Below, one piece after another: positions 47,658 through 58,201 of a stretch of DNA of 64,000 bases; positions within the stretch are counted from its first letter, which is position 1; each line of letters starts with the position of its first letter. This DNA comes from a virus (Duplodnaviria > Caudoviricetes), in IMG/VR virus record IMGVR_UViG_2744054842_000001, positions 11,649 through 75,648 of that record; one strand, written 5' to 3'. A model generated the notes under the pieces. It ran no database searches. It was not told the DNA's origin and saw nothing but the letters and a program-made list of their open reading frames with translations. A program made the translations under genes and the position numbers.

Positions 47658-48389
47658 ATGTCCACTACCAACATGCGCATCTGGGAGAAGGTCCAGACGA
47701 CCGACACCCGATTTACCAAGGACGCCAAGGTCGGCGGCCAGCAGATCACCAGCCTGAACGGCACCGCCATGATCATGAAGGCCACTGAGGTCTTCGGGCC
47801 GGCCGGCATCGGCTTCGGCTGGAACGTGGTTGAGGAGCGCTTCGACAAGGGCGCCGAGATGTTCAGCGGCGAAGGCGACAAGCGCGTCAGCCTGGGCTTC
47901 GAGCTAAACCACACAATCAAAATCACCTTCTGGTTTGTGCTCGACGGCCAGCGCGGCGAGATCGAGCAATACGGGTGCACCCAGTACCTCTACAAGTCGA
48001 AGTACGGCACCACCACCGATGGCGAGGCACCGAAAAAGTCGCTGACCGACGCCATCAAGAAGGCTCTTTCCATGCTGGGCTTCAGCGCCGATGTGTTCCT
48101 GGGCATGTTCGACGATGTGAATTACGTGCAGCAGCTGCAGGCCGAGCAGGCCATCGAGCAGGCCGAAGACCGCCAGGCCGAGATAGAGCGCCAACAGCAG
48201 GAGCGCCTGGACTTTATCAAGGACACGATCGAGACCATGCAGAAGGCGGTGACGCCGCATGAGCGCAAGAAGATCCACGACCACGCAGTACGCAAGCTCA
48301 TCGGCCGCAAAGATGAGAAAGGAGCTGCGCGAATCTCGCTCGAACTGAAGAACCTTGAGGCCGGGAAACCACAGGAGGCTGCAGCATGA
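47658..48389 (+). CDS. Single-strand annealing protein (Rad52/22-like)
   Basis: ATEVFGPAGIGFGW, EAPKKSLTDAIKKALS.LGFSADVFLG. Confidence 0.75.
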   Translation: MSTTNMRIWEKVQTTDTRFTKDAKVGGQQITSLNGTAMIMKATEVFGPAGIGFGWNVVEERFDKGAEMFSGEGDKRVSLGFELNHTIKITFWFVLDGQRGEIEQYGCTQYLYKSKYGTTTDGEAPKKSLTDAIKKALSMLGFSADVFLGMFDDVNYVQQLQAEQAIEQAEDRQAEIERQQQERLDFIKDTIETMQKAVTPHERKKIHDHAVRKLIGRKDEKGAARISLELKNLEAGKPQEAAA

Positions 48390-48949
48390 CCCAGCTCTAC
48401 GCACTCACCGGCCAGATGGCCGAACTGGCCGCCATGTGTGACACCGACGACGAAGGCCTCAAGCAGGCCATTCAGGACACCATGGCCGGCATCCAGGGCG
48501 AGTTCGAGGTGAAGGCCGACAACATCGTCATGCTGCGCCGGAACATCGAGGGCGACATCAGCGCGATCGACGCGGAAATCGACCGCCTCAACGAACTCAA
48601 GCGCATCAAGACCAACAGCGTGACGGCCATTACCGACTACCTGCGCCGCAACATGGACGCAGCGAATATCAAGTCGATCAAGCGCCCGCTGTTCACCATC
48701 AGCCTGGTCATCGGCAAGGAGAAGGTGATTGTCGACAACGAGGACGCGGTACCAGACGACCTCACTTCGGTGGCTACCAAAATCACGCCGGACAAGAACG
48801 CCATCGCCGCCAAGCTCAAGGAGTACCGCGAGCACAACGAGTCGGTACGCAAGCGAATGGCCGCCGGCGAAGACTGCGAAGACGAACTCATCCCCGAGCC
48901 AAGCTGGGCGCATCTGGAGCGCGGCGAGAGCTCGATCCGAATCAAGTGA
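48386..48949 (+). CDS. Siphovirus Gp157-family protein
   Basis: LY.LT, FE.KAD.I, PDK.AI...LK, AHLE...SIRIK. Confidence 0.85.
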   Translation: MTQLYALTGQMAELAAMCDTDDEGLKQAIQDTMAGIQGEFEVKADNIVMLRRNIEGDISAIDAEIDRLNELKRIKTNSVTAITDYLRRNMDAANIKSIKRPLFTISLVIGKEKVIVDNEDAVPDDLTSVATKITPDKNAIAAKLKEYREHNESVRKRMAAGEDCEDELIPEPSWAHLERGESSIRIK

Positions 48950-48956
48950 GGTTGGC

Positions 48957-49469
48957 ATGAACCAATCAATCGACCTGGAGGCCGCAAAAGCGGCCTTCTT
49001 CGCGTCTGGCGGCCAGCTCGTCGTGCTGGAGGGCTTCACCTACCGGCCGCTGCCGCAGCGCAAGCACCCTGAGCCCAAGCCGAAGCGGGCCAAGCCTGCT
49101 GCGCATAAGTCGGAACACCCGCAACAAAGCCGGGCCAGGACTCGCGCCGCACAGATCGCCGAGCTTGCCAAGACCATGACCTGTGGCGAGGTCGCGAAGC
49201 TCCTGGGCGAGACCAAGGGAGCGCTTTGGGGCGTAGCCGCTCGCGAAGGATTTAGGTTCTGCAAGCCGCCGCGCCAGGCGCAGCCAGTGAGAGACGCGGC
49301 CGCTCAAGAGGCTGCCGATCGGGAATTGGCAGACCGGATCATTGCCTTGCGCGATGAGGGTATGTCCCGCTGCCGGGCAACTGCAGCACTCGGAATCGGC
49401 AATCGCAAGCTGGAGCGGATCTTGGCTGCATACAAGATCAACTTCCCGCTTCAGCGGCATAGGGGATAG
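48957..49469 (+). CDS. Phage HTH-like hypothetical protein
   Basis: AFFASGG N-terminus, HTH-like segments. Confidence 0.6.
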   Translation: MNQSIDLEAAKAAFFASGGQLVVLEGFTYRPLPQRKHPEPKPKRAKPAAHKSEHPQQSRARTRAAQIAELAKTMTCGEVAKLLGETKGALWGVAAREGFRFCKPPRQAQPVRDAAAQEAADRELADRIIALRDEGMSRCRATAALGIGNRKLERILAAYKINFPLQRHRG

Positions 49470-49708
49470 GCCATGAGCGACCACGGCGAGCACCCCAGCG
49501 TCTACTACCTTGGCCGGGAATGCCGCCGCAACGGTGGCGGCAAGATGGCCAACCCATTCGCCTCTCACACGTTCCACGGCTCCTGGTTTTTGGCGGGCTG
49601 GAACGACATGGATCTTGAGATTGGACAGAAAAATCCGAAGCGCGCTGCAAAGAACAAGGCGGCGTGAGCAGTTCAACCTACCGCCCAGCGGATTGAAGGA
49701 GGTGCCGT

Positions 49709-50239
49709 ATGGCGATGTCTCAGCAGGCCCGCGACGAGAAGCGCCGCGCCAAGGCCGCCAAGTTGCAGGAAGAAGACCTGCGCTTGAAGGTTCGACCAGG
49801 GACTAAACAGGCCCTGCTGGAGCTGATGGAGTGGGCCGGGATCGAGGAACAGGGCGAGGCGATGACGCTGATGATTCATCACATCGAAGCGCTCGGGCAT
49901 CACGCACTGCTCAGGATCTCGCGCCACGAAATCGATGCCTACCGAACTGTGGCGCGGACTGAGCCGCTGCGGTTGTCAGCCAGGAAGCGAACCGGCCAAC
50001 ACCTGCGAGCGATCTGCGGCTGGGCTGATGCCACCTACAGCCAGATGATCGAAGCGCTGATTCACGGAATCCACGCACTGGGCAGGCTGCACGCGGTGAA
50101 GTTTCTCACCCCGCCGCGGCATGAGATCAGCATCTCGCCCCGCCTGGCCATGGCCTTCGACCGGAAGAGCATGCTGATGATTCAGCAGGATCCAGGGGAT
50201 GAGGTGATCACTCCCGTCGGCCTAGTATCAGGATACTGA
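49709..50239 (+). CDS. Phage hypothetical protein
   Basis: GGAGG RBS; internally repeated helices. Confidence 0.65.
   Translation: MAMSQQARDEKRRAKAAKLQEEDLRLKVRPGTKQALLELMEWAGIEEQGEAMTLMIHHIEALGHHALLRISRHEIDAYRTVARTEPLRLSARKRTGQHLRAICGWADATYSQMIEALIHGIHALGRLHAVKFLTPPRHEISISPRLAMAFDRKSMLMIQQDPGDEVITPVGLVSGY
49920..49957. repeat. Dispersed palindrome CGCGCCAC-N21-GTGGCGCG, copy 4
   Basis: Inside the 49709-50239 ORF. Confidence 0.8.
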
Positions 50240-50674
50240 TCTGGCGTTGAGCACTCGTCTAACAATCGCAACTAGGGTTCTATAACTCCATTCTGGGTGC
50301 TCGCGCGCCATCAATACGTCGCCGGCTGCAGACAAGATGGAACCATCGGATTTCATCAAGAACCTGCTTACCTCCATGGGTTCGCCCGATACCAGGTCGT
50401 TGATGACGACCACAGCCTCGATAACGCCGTTACCTTCATAGCCCAAAGGCTCATATCGGATGACGAACTTTTTACCAACAATTTCGCCATTGATGCAGCC
50501 ATTCACGGGATCAGCCGAAACTACAAGCGATCGCCCCCAGTGGTGGCTTCCTACCTCGCTCCAATGCTCAACCATACCTAACAGCTTTTCAGCGGCGCCT
50601 TTGACGGCGAACTTGGTAACGCCCAATTGCTTCTGAAACAGGTCTACATCGTAATCGAAATCGGTGTTGTCCAT
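50228..50674 (-). CDS. Antisense moron hypothetical protein
   Basis: AAGGAG RBS before MDNTDF. Confidence 0.6.
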   Translation of the reverse strand: MDNTDFDYDVDLFQKQLGVTKFAVKGAAEKLLGMVEHWSEVGSHHWGRSLVVSADPVNGCINGEIVGKKFVIRYEPLGYEGNGVIEAVVVINDLVSGEPMEVSRFLMKSDGSILSAAGDVLMAREHPEWSYRTLVAIVRRVLNARSVS

Positions 50675-50786
50675 AGCAACCGCTCCTTGGGCCGGCCCCA
50701 TGCCGGCCACCCGTAATACCCCATCCCAAACCAAATTGCCACTATGCCGCGACCCAGGAAGGGCCTCGCGCACCCAGGAGAAACAC

Positions 50787-51527
50787 ATGAAGGTCGACAC
50801 CGAAGTCATGTCGCTGCTCAGCGCTGCACGAACCGAAGGCAACAAACTGTTCATCACAGGCGGCCAGCTGGAGCGCGGCCTGTATGCCCGCTTGGACAAG
50901 ACGCTGAAGGCTGCCGGAGGCAAGTGGAACACCAAGGCCAAGGCCCACCTGTTCGCCGATGACGCTGCCGAAGCGATCGAGAACATCATCCTCACTGGGG
51001 AGGTCGCGGTACCGCAGGACTTCGGTTTCTTCCCAACCCCTGGCCCTGTTGTTGATAGGCTGCTGGAGTTCGCTCAGCTGGACAAGGGTATGTCAGCCCT
51101 GGAGCCTTCGGCGGGACGAGGCGCCATTGCCAGCGCCTTGGCCATTGCTGGCTTGGAGGTGGATTGCGTCGAGCTGTTGCCGGACAACGCCAAGCACCTA
51201 GAGCAACTGCCTTTCCGCTCCGTGCGCTGTGCTGACTTCCTCAGCATCGAGCCTGAGCCGATCTATGACCGCGTCGTGATGAATCCGCCATTCGACAAGA
51301 AACGCAGCGACATTCACCACGTGCTGCACGCGCTGAAATTCCTTAAGCCGCGCGGCCTGCTGGTGGCGATCATGCCGACCGGGGTGATCTTCCGCGAAGA
51401 CGCCTTGTCCCGTGACTTCCGCGGCATCGTATCAGCACGCAGCGGCAGCATCGTCAACCTGCCGGAAGCCTCGTTCAAGACCTCAGGCACCATGGTCAAC
51501 ACCTGCATCGCGATCATCCCCGCCTGA
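50787..51527 (+). CDS. SAM-dependent amino (N6A-type) methyltransferase
   Basis: FFPTP, LEPSAGRG, VVMNPPF motifs. Confidence 0.85.
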   Translation: MKVDTEVMSLLSAARTEGNKLFITGGQLERGLYARLDKTLKAAGGKWNTKAKAHLFADDAAEAIENIILTGEVAVPQDFGFFPTPGPVVDRLLEFAQLDKGMSALEPSAGRGAIASALAIAGLEVDCVELLPDNAKHLEQLPFRSVRCADFLSIEPEPIYDRVVMNPPFDKKRSDIHHVLHALKFLKPRGLLVAIMPTGVIFREDALSRDFRGIVSARSGSIVNLPEASFKTSGTMVNTCIAIIPA

Positions 51528-51548
51528 CGGCACTGACCGCCAGGACTG

Positions 51549-51830
51549 CTATCTGGTTGATGGCCAAAAGGCCGGATTTACTTCCGGTGAGTAGCCTGGC
51601 ACAAACCCCTCGCAATACTTGCGTATCAACCCCAGGGCCTGCTGCGTGGTCTTGGCTCCTGAATTCTCCGGTTTGATCGCTTTCCCTCTTCGCTCGCACC
51701 GGCAGAAATGGCTTATCTCCCAGTGGAGATCGTCGTCATCAGTAAGCCCTTTGGTAATCCTAGCTTGGACCGGGTAGCCGAAAACAACGATCGAGTACGT
51801 CGCAACAACCTCTCTAATAACCAGCTGCAT
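51549..51830 (-). CDS. Antisense moron hypothetical protein
   Basis: GGGGG RBS, 93 aa. Confidence 0.55.
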   Translation of the reverse strand: MQLVIREVVATYSIVVFGYPVQARITKGLTDDDDLHWEISHFCRCERRGKAIKPENSGAKTTQQALGLIRKYCEGFVPGYSPEVNPAFWPSTR

Positions 51831-51907
51831 ATTCCCCCCATAGATGTCAACAGTTTTCCAATTCTACCTCATTTTCTAGATGCCGTTTTTAGGGGGCAGG
51901 AACCACC

Positions 51908-52831
51908 ATGACCACAGCAATCGACCTTTTCGCCGGCCTCGGCGGATGGAGCACCGGCGCGCGCGCCGCAGGCGTCCAGGTTCTCTGGGCGGCGAACCAC
52001 TGGCCGGTGGCCATTGAATGGCACAGCGCCAATCACCCCGACACGCAGCATGTTTGCCAGGACCTGCACCAGGCACGCTGGGAGCAGGTGCCGGCACACG
52101 ACATCCTGCTGGCCTCGCCCTGCTGCCAAGGGCACGCAAAGGCCCGCGGGAAGAAGTCAGGCAACCCAGAGCACGACGCATCGCGTTCGACGGCATGGGC
52201 GCCAGTATCGGCCCTTGAGTTCCACCGGCCGCAGGCGGCGGTGATCGAGAACGTTCCGGAGTTCACCGACTGGCTGCTCTACCCGGCTTGGCTGCAGGCC
52301 ATCCAAGCGATGGGCTACCAGTGTGCGCCGCACATCGTGGACTGCGCCGACCTCGGCGTGCCACAGCACCGCGTGCGGCTATTCATGGTGCTGACGCGCA
52401 GCAAGGCGCCGCTGATGCTGCATTTACCGCAGGAGCGGCATGTACCGGCGGCCAGTTTCCTCGACTTCGACGGCGGGCGGTGGTCGCCCATCGAGAAGCC
52501 AGGCCGTGCCCAGGCCACACTCGACCGGGTGCGAAACGGCCGCCAGCGCTTCGGCGATCGGTTCATCATGCCCTACTACGGCAAAGGATCCGGTACCACG
52601 GGCCGCGACATCAATCGGCCGATCGGCACCATCACCACCCTGGACCGCTGGGCACTGGTCGACGGTGACCGCATGAGGATGCTCAGCGCCAGCGAGGCCC
52701 TGGCCGCGATGTCGTTCCCCGCTGACACCCTGCGCCCTGACAACCACCGGCTGACCATGCATATGGCCGGCAACGCGGTACCGCCTTTGGCCGGTCAGCG
52801 TGTGATCGAAGCGTTGCTGAAAGCCGCCTAG
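51908..52831 (+). CDS. DNA (cytosine-5) methyltransferase
   Basis: DLFAGLGG, SPCCQ, ENV, PQHRVR, AGNAV. Confidence 0.93.
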   Translation: MTTAIDLFAGLGGWSTGARAAGVQVLWAANHWPVAIEWHSANHPDTQHVCQDLHQARWEQVPAHDILLASPCCQGHAKARGKKSGNPEHDASRSTAWAPVSALEFHRPQAAVIENVPEFTDWLLYPAWLQAIQAMGYQCAPHIVDCADLGVPQHRVRLFMVLTRSKAPLMLHLPQERHVPAASFLDFDGGRWSPIEKPGRAQATLDRVRNGRQRFGDRFIMPYYGKGSGTTGRDINRPIGTITTLDRWALVDGDRMRMLSASEALAAMSFPADTLRPDNHRLTMHMAGNAVPPLAGQRVIEALLKAA

Positions 52832-52838
52832 ACAGACG

Positions 52839-53087
52839 TCAATTAGCCCAGATCGCTGTCGTCATGTTGATCTCTGGGTACGGATTGGCGTCCCAGTCGT
52901 ACACCGAAGCGATCCACTTCTTCATCATCGGGCCATGTAGGCGACGCCCCTGATCCATGAGCCGAAGAACCTGCTTATCGATCCGGTACGGACCGCAATC
53001 AGCGCACACCGCTTTGTAGGAATCAGTGCGCGGGTCCAGCACCTGGAAGGTATCGACCCTGCACACCACACAAGTCATATGGTCCAT
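52839..53087 (-). CDS. Small Zn-binding hypothetical protein
   Basis: CxxC pairs, AGGAG RBS. Confidence 0.55.
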   Translation of the reverse strand: MDHMTCVVCRVDTFQVLDPRTDSYKAVCADCGPYRIDKQVLRLMDQGRRLHGPMMKKWIASVYDWDANPYPEINMTTAIWAN

Positions 53088-53142
53088 GGCGCCTGCTCCT
53101 GAAAACCAAATTTGAAATGTAGCCTAGTGCGAAGGTATCCCC

Positions 53143-56100
53143 ATGCCCACAGAAAACCGATCCAGCAACACTGAGATGGTCAGCGTGCCGCGCCAGACGC
53201 TCGAGAACGTCCTGCGAGATGGCAGCTCCACGCGCGAGGTTCATGCAGCTTTCCTCCAGGCTCAGCAAAGCATCCGGACATTGCTGGACCAACCAGCCCC
53301 GCAGCCCCACCCCGAGCCTATAGCCTGGATGGTTGGTACTGCCTTCTGGTGGACCAAAGAAGAGGCAGAGAGGGACGCGGCGGCGACTGGACTTCCTATT
53401 GTCCCCATTGGGCCGTTGGTATCCATCCCCGACGAGTACTGCCTGATGCCCAAGCGGCTCACGGCCGAGAACGGCGCCAAGGCACTGCTGCTCGGTGAGT
53501 TCAAGCTGGAGTTCACCCAGGAATGCCCGGAATGCCGCGAACTGGATGAGCCGGTAGAAGGCTGCGAGATATGCGATGGCGAGGGTGAGTACGGACAGCG
53601 CCACACGCTCCCATGGGACATGATCAAGTTCATCTACAGCACGGCCGTGAAGGGCCTTACGTCCAAGCCGAGCGCAGCCCTGGAGCGCCAGCCATGAAAA
53701 TCCACTGGGCAGCCCACATCGACTACGACCACGACGGCAACGACGACGAGCACTTCTCAGCCTGCGGCGTTGGCCGTGGCCACCGTGACGGCGAAGAGTG
53801 GGAGTCGGCCAGGTTCAAGTCCGAAGTCACCTGCAAGACCTGCCTGAAGGTCATAGCCAAGCAAGAGAACATCTGTACTCCACCGCTGTAACCCCTCTCC
53901 CCTCTATTCACTGCCGCGATATGGCGGCCAAGGAAGCGCTATGCCCAAGAAAAGGGTGGCCATGAAAGCCCGCATCGAAAAGAAGCTCAGCAAGCGCCTG
54001 GTCGAGCTTTTGCCCTCGCTCTATCGCAAGGCCTGGCGTGATCAGGAGCCGTCAGACCTGGCGTATGACCAGGGCTCCAGTGTTCGTCACGTTCTGAGCG
54101 TGGGCGGCGGACTGGATTATTGGGGTGAAGGTCAGGATGCCTACACCGTCTGGGAGGACTGGCAGATGAACTGGTGCTGGCACGGTCCGTTCGAGGCCTA
54201 TCCGAACGGACACCGCCTGGAGGGGTACCCCGACATTGATGGATTCCGCCCAACAACAATCAACCTGCTGAAGCTGGCCGCCCAATGCGAGCGGACCAGT
54301 AAGGAGTGGCCATGATGACCCGCCTCGCCCTCTGCCTCCTGCTGCTGGCCACCGGCGCCATCGCATCCGAACTGCCATCGGGCGTCTGGTCCTTCGAGGA
54401 CAAGCCCCGCGGCGTCGTCTGCTACGTCATGAACTCGCTGGGCAACAACGCCATCAGCTGCGTGAAGGTCTCGCTGCCGCAAGTCGCAGGCAACGAGCGC
54501 CAGCTCTCCCCGCACGAAACCCAACCCGAACCTACACCCGCACTGGCGCCTGGACGCTGGATTGATGAGAGGTATGAGCTGTGAGCGAATGGATCAAATG
54601 CAGCGACAAGCTGCCAGAACTGGATACGCCCGTCTGGCTGCGCATGGATGGGGACCTGATGATCATAGGGGAGCGTGCTTCGAGCACTGATGGCTGGATG
54701 TGGTCCGCGTGCTATGGGCACTACTTCGACAAGGGCAAGTGGGAGGTAGTGGAAAGCGACGCCAGCGACGAGCACGAGCCTACCCACTGGCAGCCCCTCC
54801 CTTCTCCGCCGAGTGCTCAGCCATGACCGGCCTGATCGAAGTGAAGACGGCCAATCTGGCCGGCGAGGCCTTGGGCTGGGCGGTAGGCAAGGCGGAAGGC
54901 CTGGACCTGCAGCTGGCCCCGCCCAGCTATAACGGCGTGCCGTGGCGTGTGTTCGCGCGGTACCAGGGCCAGGCGATCGAGCACACCAAGCGCTACAACC
55001 CTTGGGAGGACTGGGCGCTGGGCGGGCCGCTGGTCGACAAGTACAAAGTCTCGCTCTCTCCGCCGACAAGCGCTGTGCACCGCAATTTCGGCTACATGGA
55101 CAAGCGCAACGGCTACTACGAGGCCGGCGTCTGGAGTAGCACCATATTCGGCAAAGAGCGCAAGCACCGCCGCACGGCATTCCACCACCCCGACAACCCT
55201 TTGACTGTCGCCATGCAGGCGATCGCCCAGTTTGAGCTCGGCGATACCATCCAGGTGCCCAAGGAGTTGGTGCAATGCAAGACCTGATCAAGGTGCAAAC
55301 CTGCGACCTAGCCGGCAAGGCGCTGCTCTGGGCCGTCGAGAGCGTGGACGGACCGATGCCGGCGGCAGCCGGACAACTGCAGCTGCCACTGGGCGGCCAG
55401 GCCCTCGACGACGCGACCGGCGAGTATCTGATCCAGAAGCACAGCATCTGGATCGATCGCGGCTACAGCTGGCCATGGTTGGCCTGTGTGTCAGGTCACC
55501 CGCTGGACCGCCAGCCCGGCGACACCCGGGCAGAAGCTGCAGCCCGCGCTGTAGTGCACCACGCCCGCGGCGAAACCATCAACGTGCCGAAGGAGCTCTT
55601 CCAGTGATCCTGCCCCTGATGTTCGTGGCCCTCCACCTCTACCGGTGGCCGCGATGACCTGCATCCGCATCGAGCACGGCTTTGTCTGCCTGTCGCCTTT
55701 CTACCGCCTGCCGCTTGCGGACGGCACCCGGGTGTTCATGGCCTGGCACAACTACCTCGGCCCCACCTTCTTCCGCGACCGCAATGAGCAACGCGAGATG
55801 GAGACCTGGTACGAAAGCCCGCTGATCTGCGACGCGCTCGACTGGTTTTGCAAGCGCGGCCACCGCGCCTAATCCCTCCTCCTACTACTAAAGCCCGCCG
55901 ACATGCGCGGGCATGGAGAGCTATTGCCATGACGAAATACAAACACACCCCCGGCCCCTGGGAAGTCCTGAACGAAACAGAGGTTTTCACCGGCCTCGGT
56001 GCGGACAGCGGCGATGGCGTGAAAGCGCTGCCCTCCGATGGCTGGATGATCGCGGATTGCGGCGGCTGCGTGACCTTCAGCGAGGTCGGGCCGGCAGAGC

Positions 56101-56586
56101 TCAGCCTAGGCCTGCGCCGGGCGAACGCCAAGTTGATTGCCGCAACACCGGCGATGCTGGCCGATCTGGTAGACGCCGCCGCCCAGCTGCGCAAGTACGA
56201 AACCCTGCACCGGGCCAAGGGCACCGCTGACAGCCTGGCCAAGGCCGAAGCCAACGCCGAACTCGCCTCACGCTTCGAGCGGACGATCGCAGCGGCCACG
56301 ACCTGACCACCAACCTGCCGCCACAGGCGGCGTGGAGACCTGCATGACCACCCCATTCAAGGCCTACACCCTGGGCGAGGACTTCGCCGTCAGGGAGGTC
56401 ACCATCGTGCGCAAAGGCCTGTTCTGCGTGGACAGCAAAGGCGTGAAGCACCCGAGGCCGAAGCTGTTCACCAGCGCCAAGGCCGCGCAGGACAAAGCCA
56501 GGAAGTGGCTGGCCGACCGTGAGGCTCAGCTGGCCAGAGAGAACGAGCTGCATGAGCAGCGCAAAAAGATAGTCGCATCCTACTGA
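53143..56586 (+). other. Ea/nin-type accessory ORF cluster (53143-53697, 53694-53891, 53941-54315, 54306-54584, DUF551 54581-54826, paralogous DUF2591/NinX-like 54823-55287 and 55275-55607, 55645-55872, 55929-56306, 56344-56586)
   Basis: Co-oriented coupled ORFs; WIKCSDKLP...THWQPLP (DUF551); L.G.AL.WAV...VPKEL pair; HTPGPW. Confidence 0.7.
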
Positions 56587-56613
56587 TGCCGCCGGGTGCG
56601 GCAGGAGCCCTAC

Positions 56614-56859
56614 ATGGAACCAGAAATCATCCACATCCCCGAACTGGCCAAGCTCCTTGGCCGATCCGAATCCGCCATCCGCAGCGCCCGGCAGGCCGGG
56701 GCATCCTGGCTGCCGCCGTTCTTCAAGCAAGGCGCCAGGATCTGCTGGCGGGTCAGCACGGTGCGTCAGTTTTTGCAGGAGTGCGAGAGCGGACTGCACA
56801 CGCCGGCGAAGCCAGGTCGGAAGCGCCAGGCGCCCCCGACGCTCGCCAGCGTGCGTTAA
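56614..56859 (+). CDS. Excisionase / AlpA-like HTH
   Basis: ELAKLLGRS..AIR, LPP.FK.G.RI.W; convergent with int. Confidence 0.75.
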   Translation: MEPEIIHIPELAKLLGRSESAIRSARQAGASWLPPFFKQGARICWRVSTVRQFLQECESGLHTPAKPGRKRQAPPTLASVR

Positions 56860-57833
56860 CCGAGCTTGTCAGCCAGGGTGTCGGGGCACAGATGCGTATA
56901 GCGCTTGAGCATGCTCAATGACTTGTGCCCCGTGATTGTGCTGACTTCCATCATGGACAGACCTTTTTCGAACAGCCTCGACGTACCTTCATGGCGAAGG
57001 TCGTGGAAGTGCAGGTCTTCAACGTTGGCCGCCCGGCAGGCCCGGGTGAAGTACTGGCTAACGGAGTGCGGAACCAGTGAAAAGACTTTGCCATCCAGGC
57101 GCGCCGGCAGCGACTCGAGCAGGTTGCGCGCGCGAACAGACAGCGGGACCAGTCGGCGGGTACCGTTCTTTGTGTCTTCCAGAATCACGTGCTTCGCTTT
57201 GACGTTCTCGCGACGGAGCGTCAGCAGTTCGCTACGGCGCATCGCCGTCTCTACCGCAATACCGATGATCGCCGGCATCTCAGCGTGGATATCGCCAGCC
57301 GCCTTGATCACATCCTTCAGTTCCTGGGCAGTCGGCCGCCGATCGCGCGACTTCGCCCCCTTCGGCATCCTCAGCCGAGCCACCGGGTTGCTCAGCCCCT
57401 CAATCCCCCAGTCCTTGATGGCCACTGTATAAAGGTGGCTGATCACCGCTAGGTCGAGCTTGACCGTCGCGGTGGACTTCCCTTCCTTGAGCTCATCATC
57501 CCTGTATGCAGCCATATCGCTTGACCGGATCGCGGCCAGGCCCTTCTTCGCCAGCTTGTGCTTCTTCCACTTGGCGATGCGGGTCATTTCCTGCTTTGCC
57601 CCTTTCTTCGCCGCGGTGACTTCGCGGGAGTAGCGATCGAGGGCCTCTTCCAGGGTGGTGCTCTCAGCCTCGCGCATGTCGACGAACCTGGCGCGCGACA
57701 TGTCGCCTTCGATTTCGGCAGCCCAGCGCTGGGCCTCGGCCTTGGTGTCGAAGGTCGCGGAGAGGGTCGGATATCCTTTTCGGCGGATCTTGGTCCGCCA
57801 TGCCCCGTTGGGGCGCTGCTCGATAGTGGCCAT
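56856..57833 (-). CDS. int: Tyrosine integrase
   Basis: TAMRRSEL, TKNG, FHDLRHE, TGHK...MLKRY catalytic residues. Confidence 0.95.
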   Translation of the reverse strand: MATIEQRPNGAWRTKIRRKGYPTLSATFDTKAEAQRWAAEIEGDMSRARFVDMREAESTTLEEALDRYSREVTAAKKGAKQEMTRIAKWKKHKLAKKGLAAIRSSDMAAYRDDELKEGKSTATVKLDLAVISHLYTVAIKDWGIEGLSNPVARLRMPKGAKSRDRRPTAQELKDVIKAAGDIHAEMPAIIGIAVETAMRRSELLTLRRENVKAKHVILEDTKNGTRRLVPLSVRARNLLESLPARLDGKVFSLVPHSVSQYFTRACRAANVEDLHFHDLRHEGTSRLFEKGLSMMEVSTITGHKSLSMLKRYTHLCPDTLADKLG

Positions 57834-57972
57834 GCACCGGATTTTGCCGGGGACACGTGGGACATGCAATTTCTTCGAGTGTCCCAGGATTGTCCCAAAT
57901 GGCCGGGGCCAGCAAAATCCGCAGGCATGAAAAAAGCCCCGCAACCTCAATGGCTGCGGGGCTTTCGAATGG

Positions 57973-58046
57973 TGGAGGCCGAGGTCGGAATCGAACCGGC
58001 GTAGACGGATTTGCAATCCGGAGCATAACCACTTTGCTACTCGGCC
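57973..58046 (-). tRNA. tRNA-Cys(GCA), prophage attachment site
   Basis: GGCCGAG...TTGCAAA...GGTTCGATTCC...CTCGGCCTCCA, 74 nt; upstream TTGCAA/CATAAT promoter. Confidence 0.95.
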
Positions 58047-58201
58047 TCAAAGGTCGGATCTAGCAGCTTGCGCTTCGCTATCTCCTTGAAACGCTGAACC
58101 TTTTTTCAAAGTTTGCTGCGTTTCGATGGGCGCCATTATGTCTTCATTCCTTTAACCTTGCAACCCCCTGAACGAAAAAAAATTTCAACGGGTTCAAGGT
58201 G

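Larger units (their letters stand above)
1..57972. mobile_element. Lambdoid siphovirus-type prophage integrated at tRNA-Cys (left end outside window)
   Basis: Contiguous tail, head, terminase, Q/nin, O/P, cro/cI, recombination, xis and int modules; integrase next to the 3' end of tRNA-Cys. Confidence 0.95.

Noticed and set aside
51132-51161. Partial (14/20) one-base-gapped match to the unit 1 dinucleotide code in the methyltransferase gene
   Set aside because: A few matches at this level are expected by chance in 64 kb on two strands. No convincing in-window target was found by eye.
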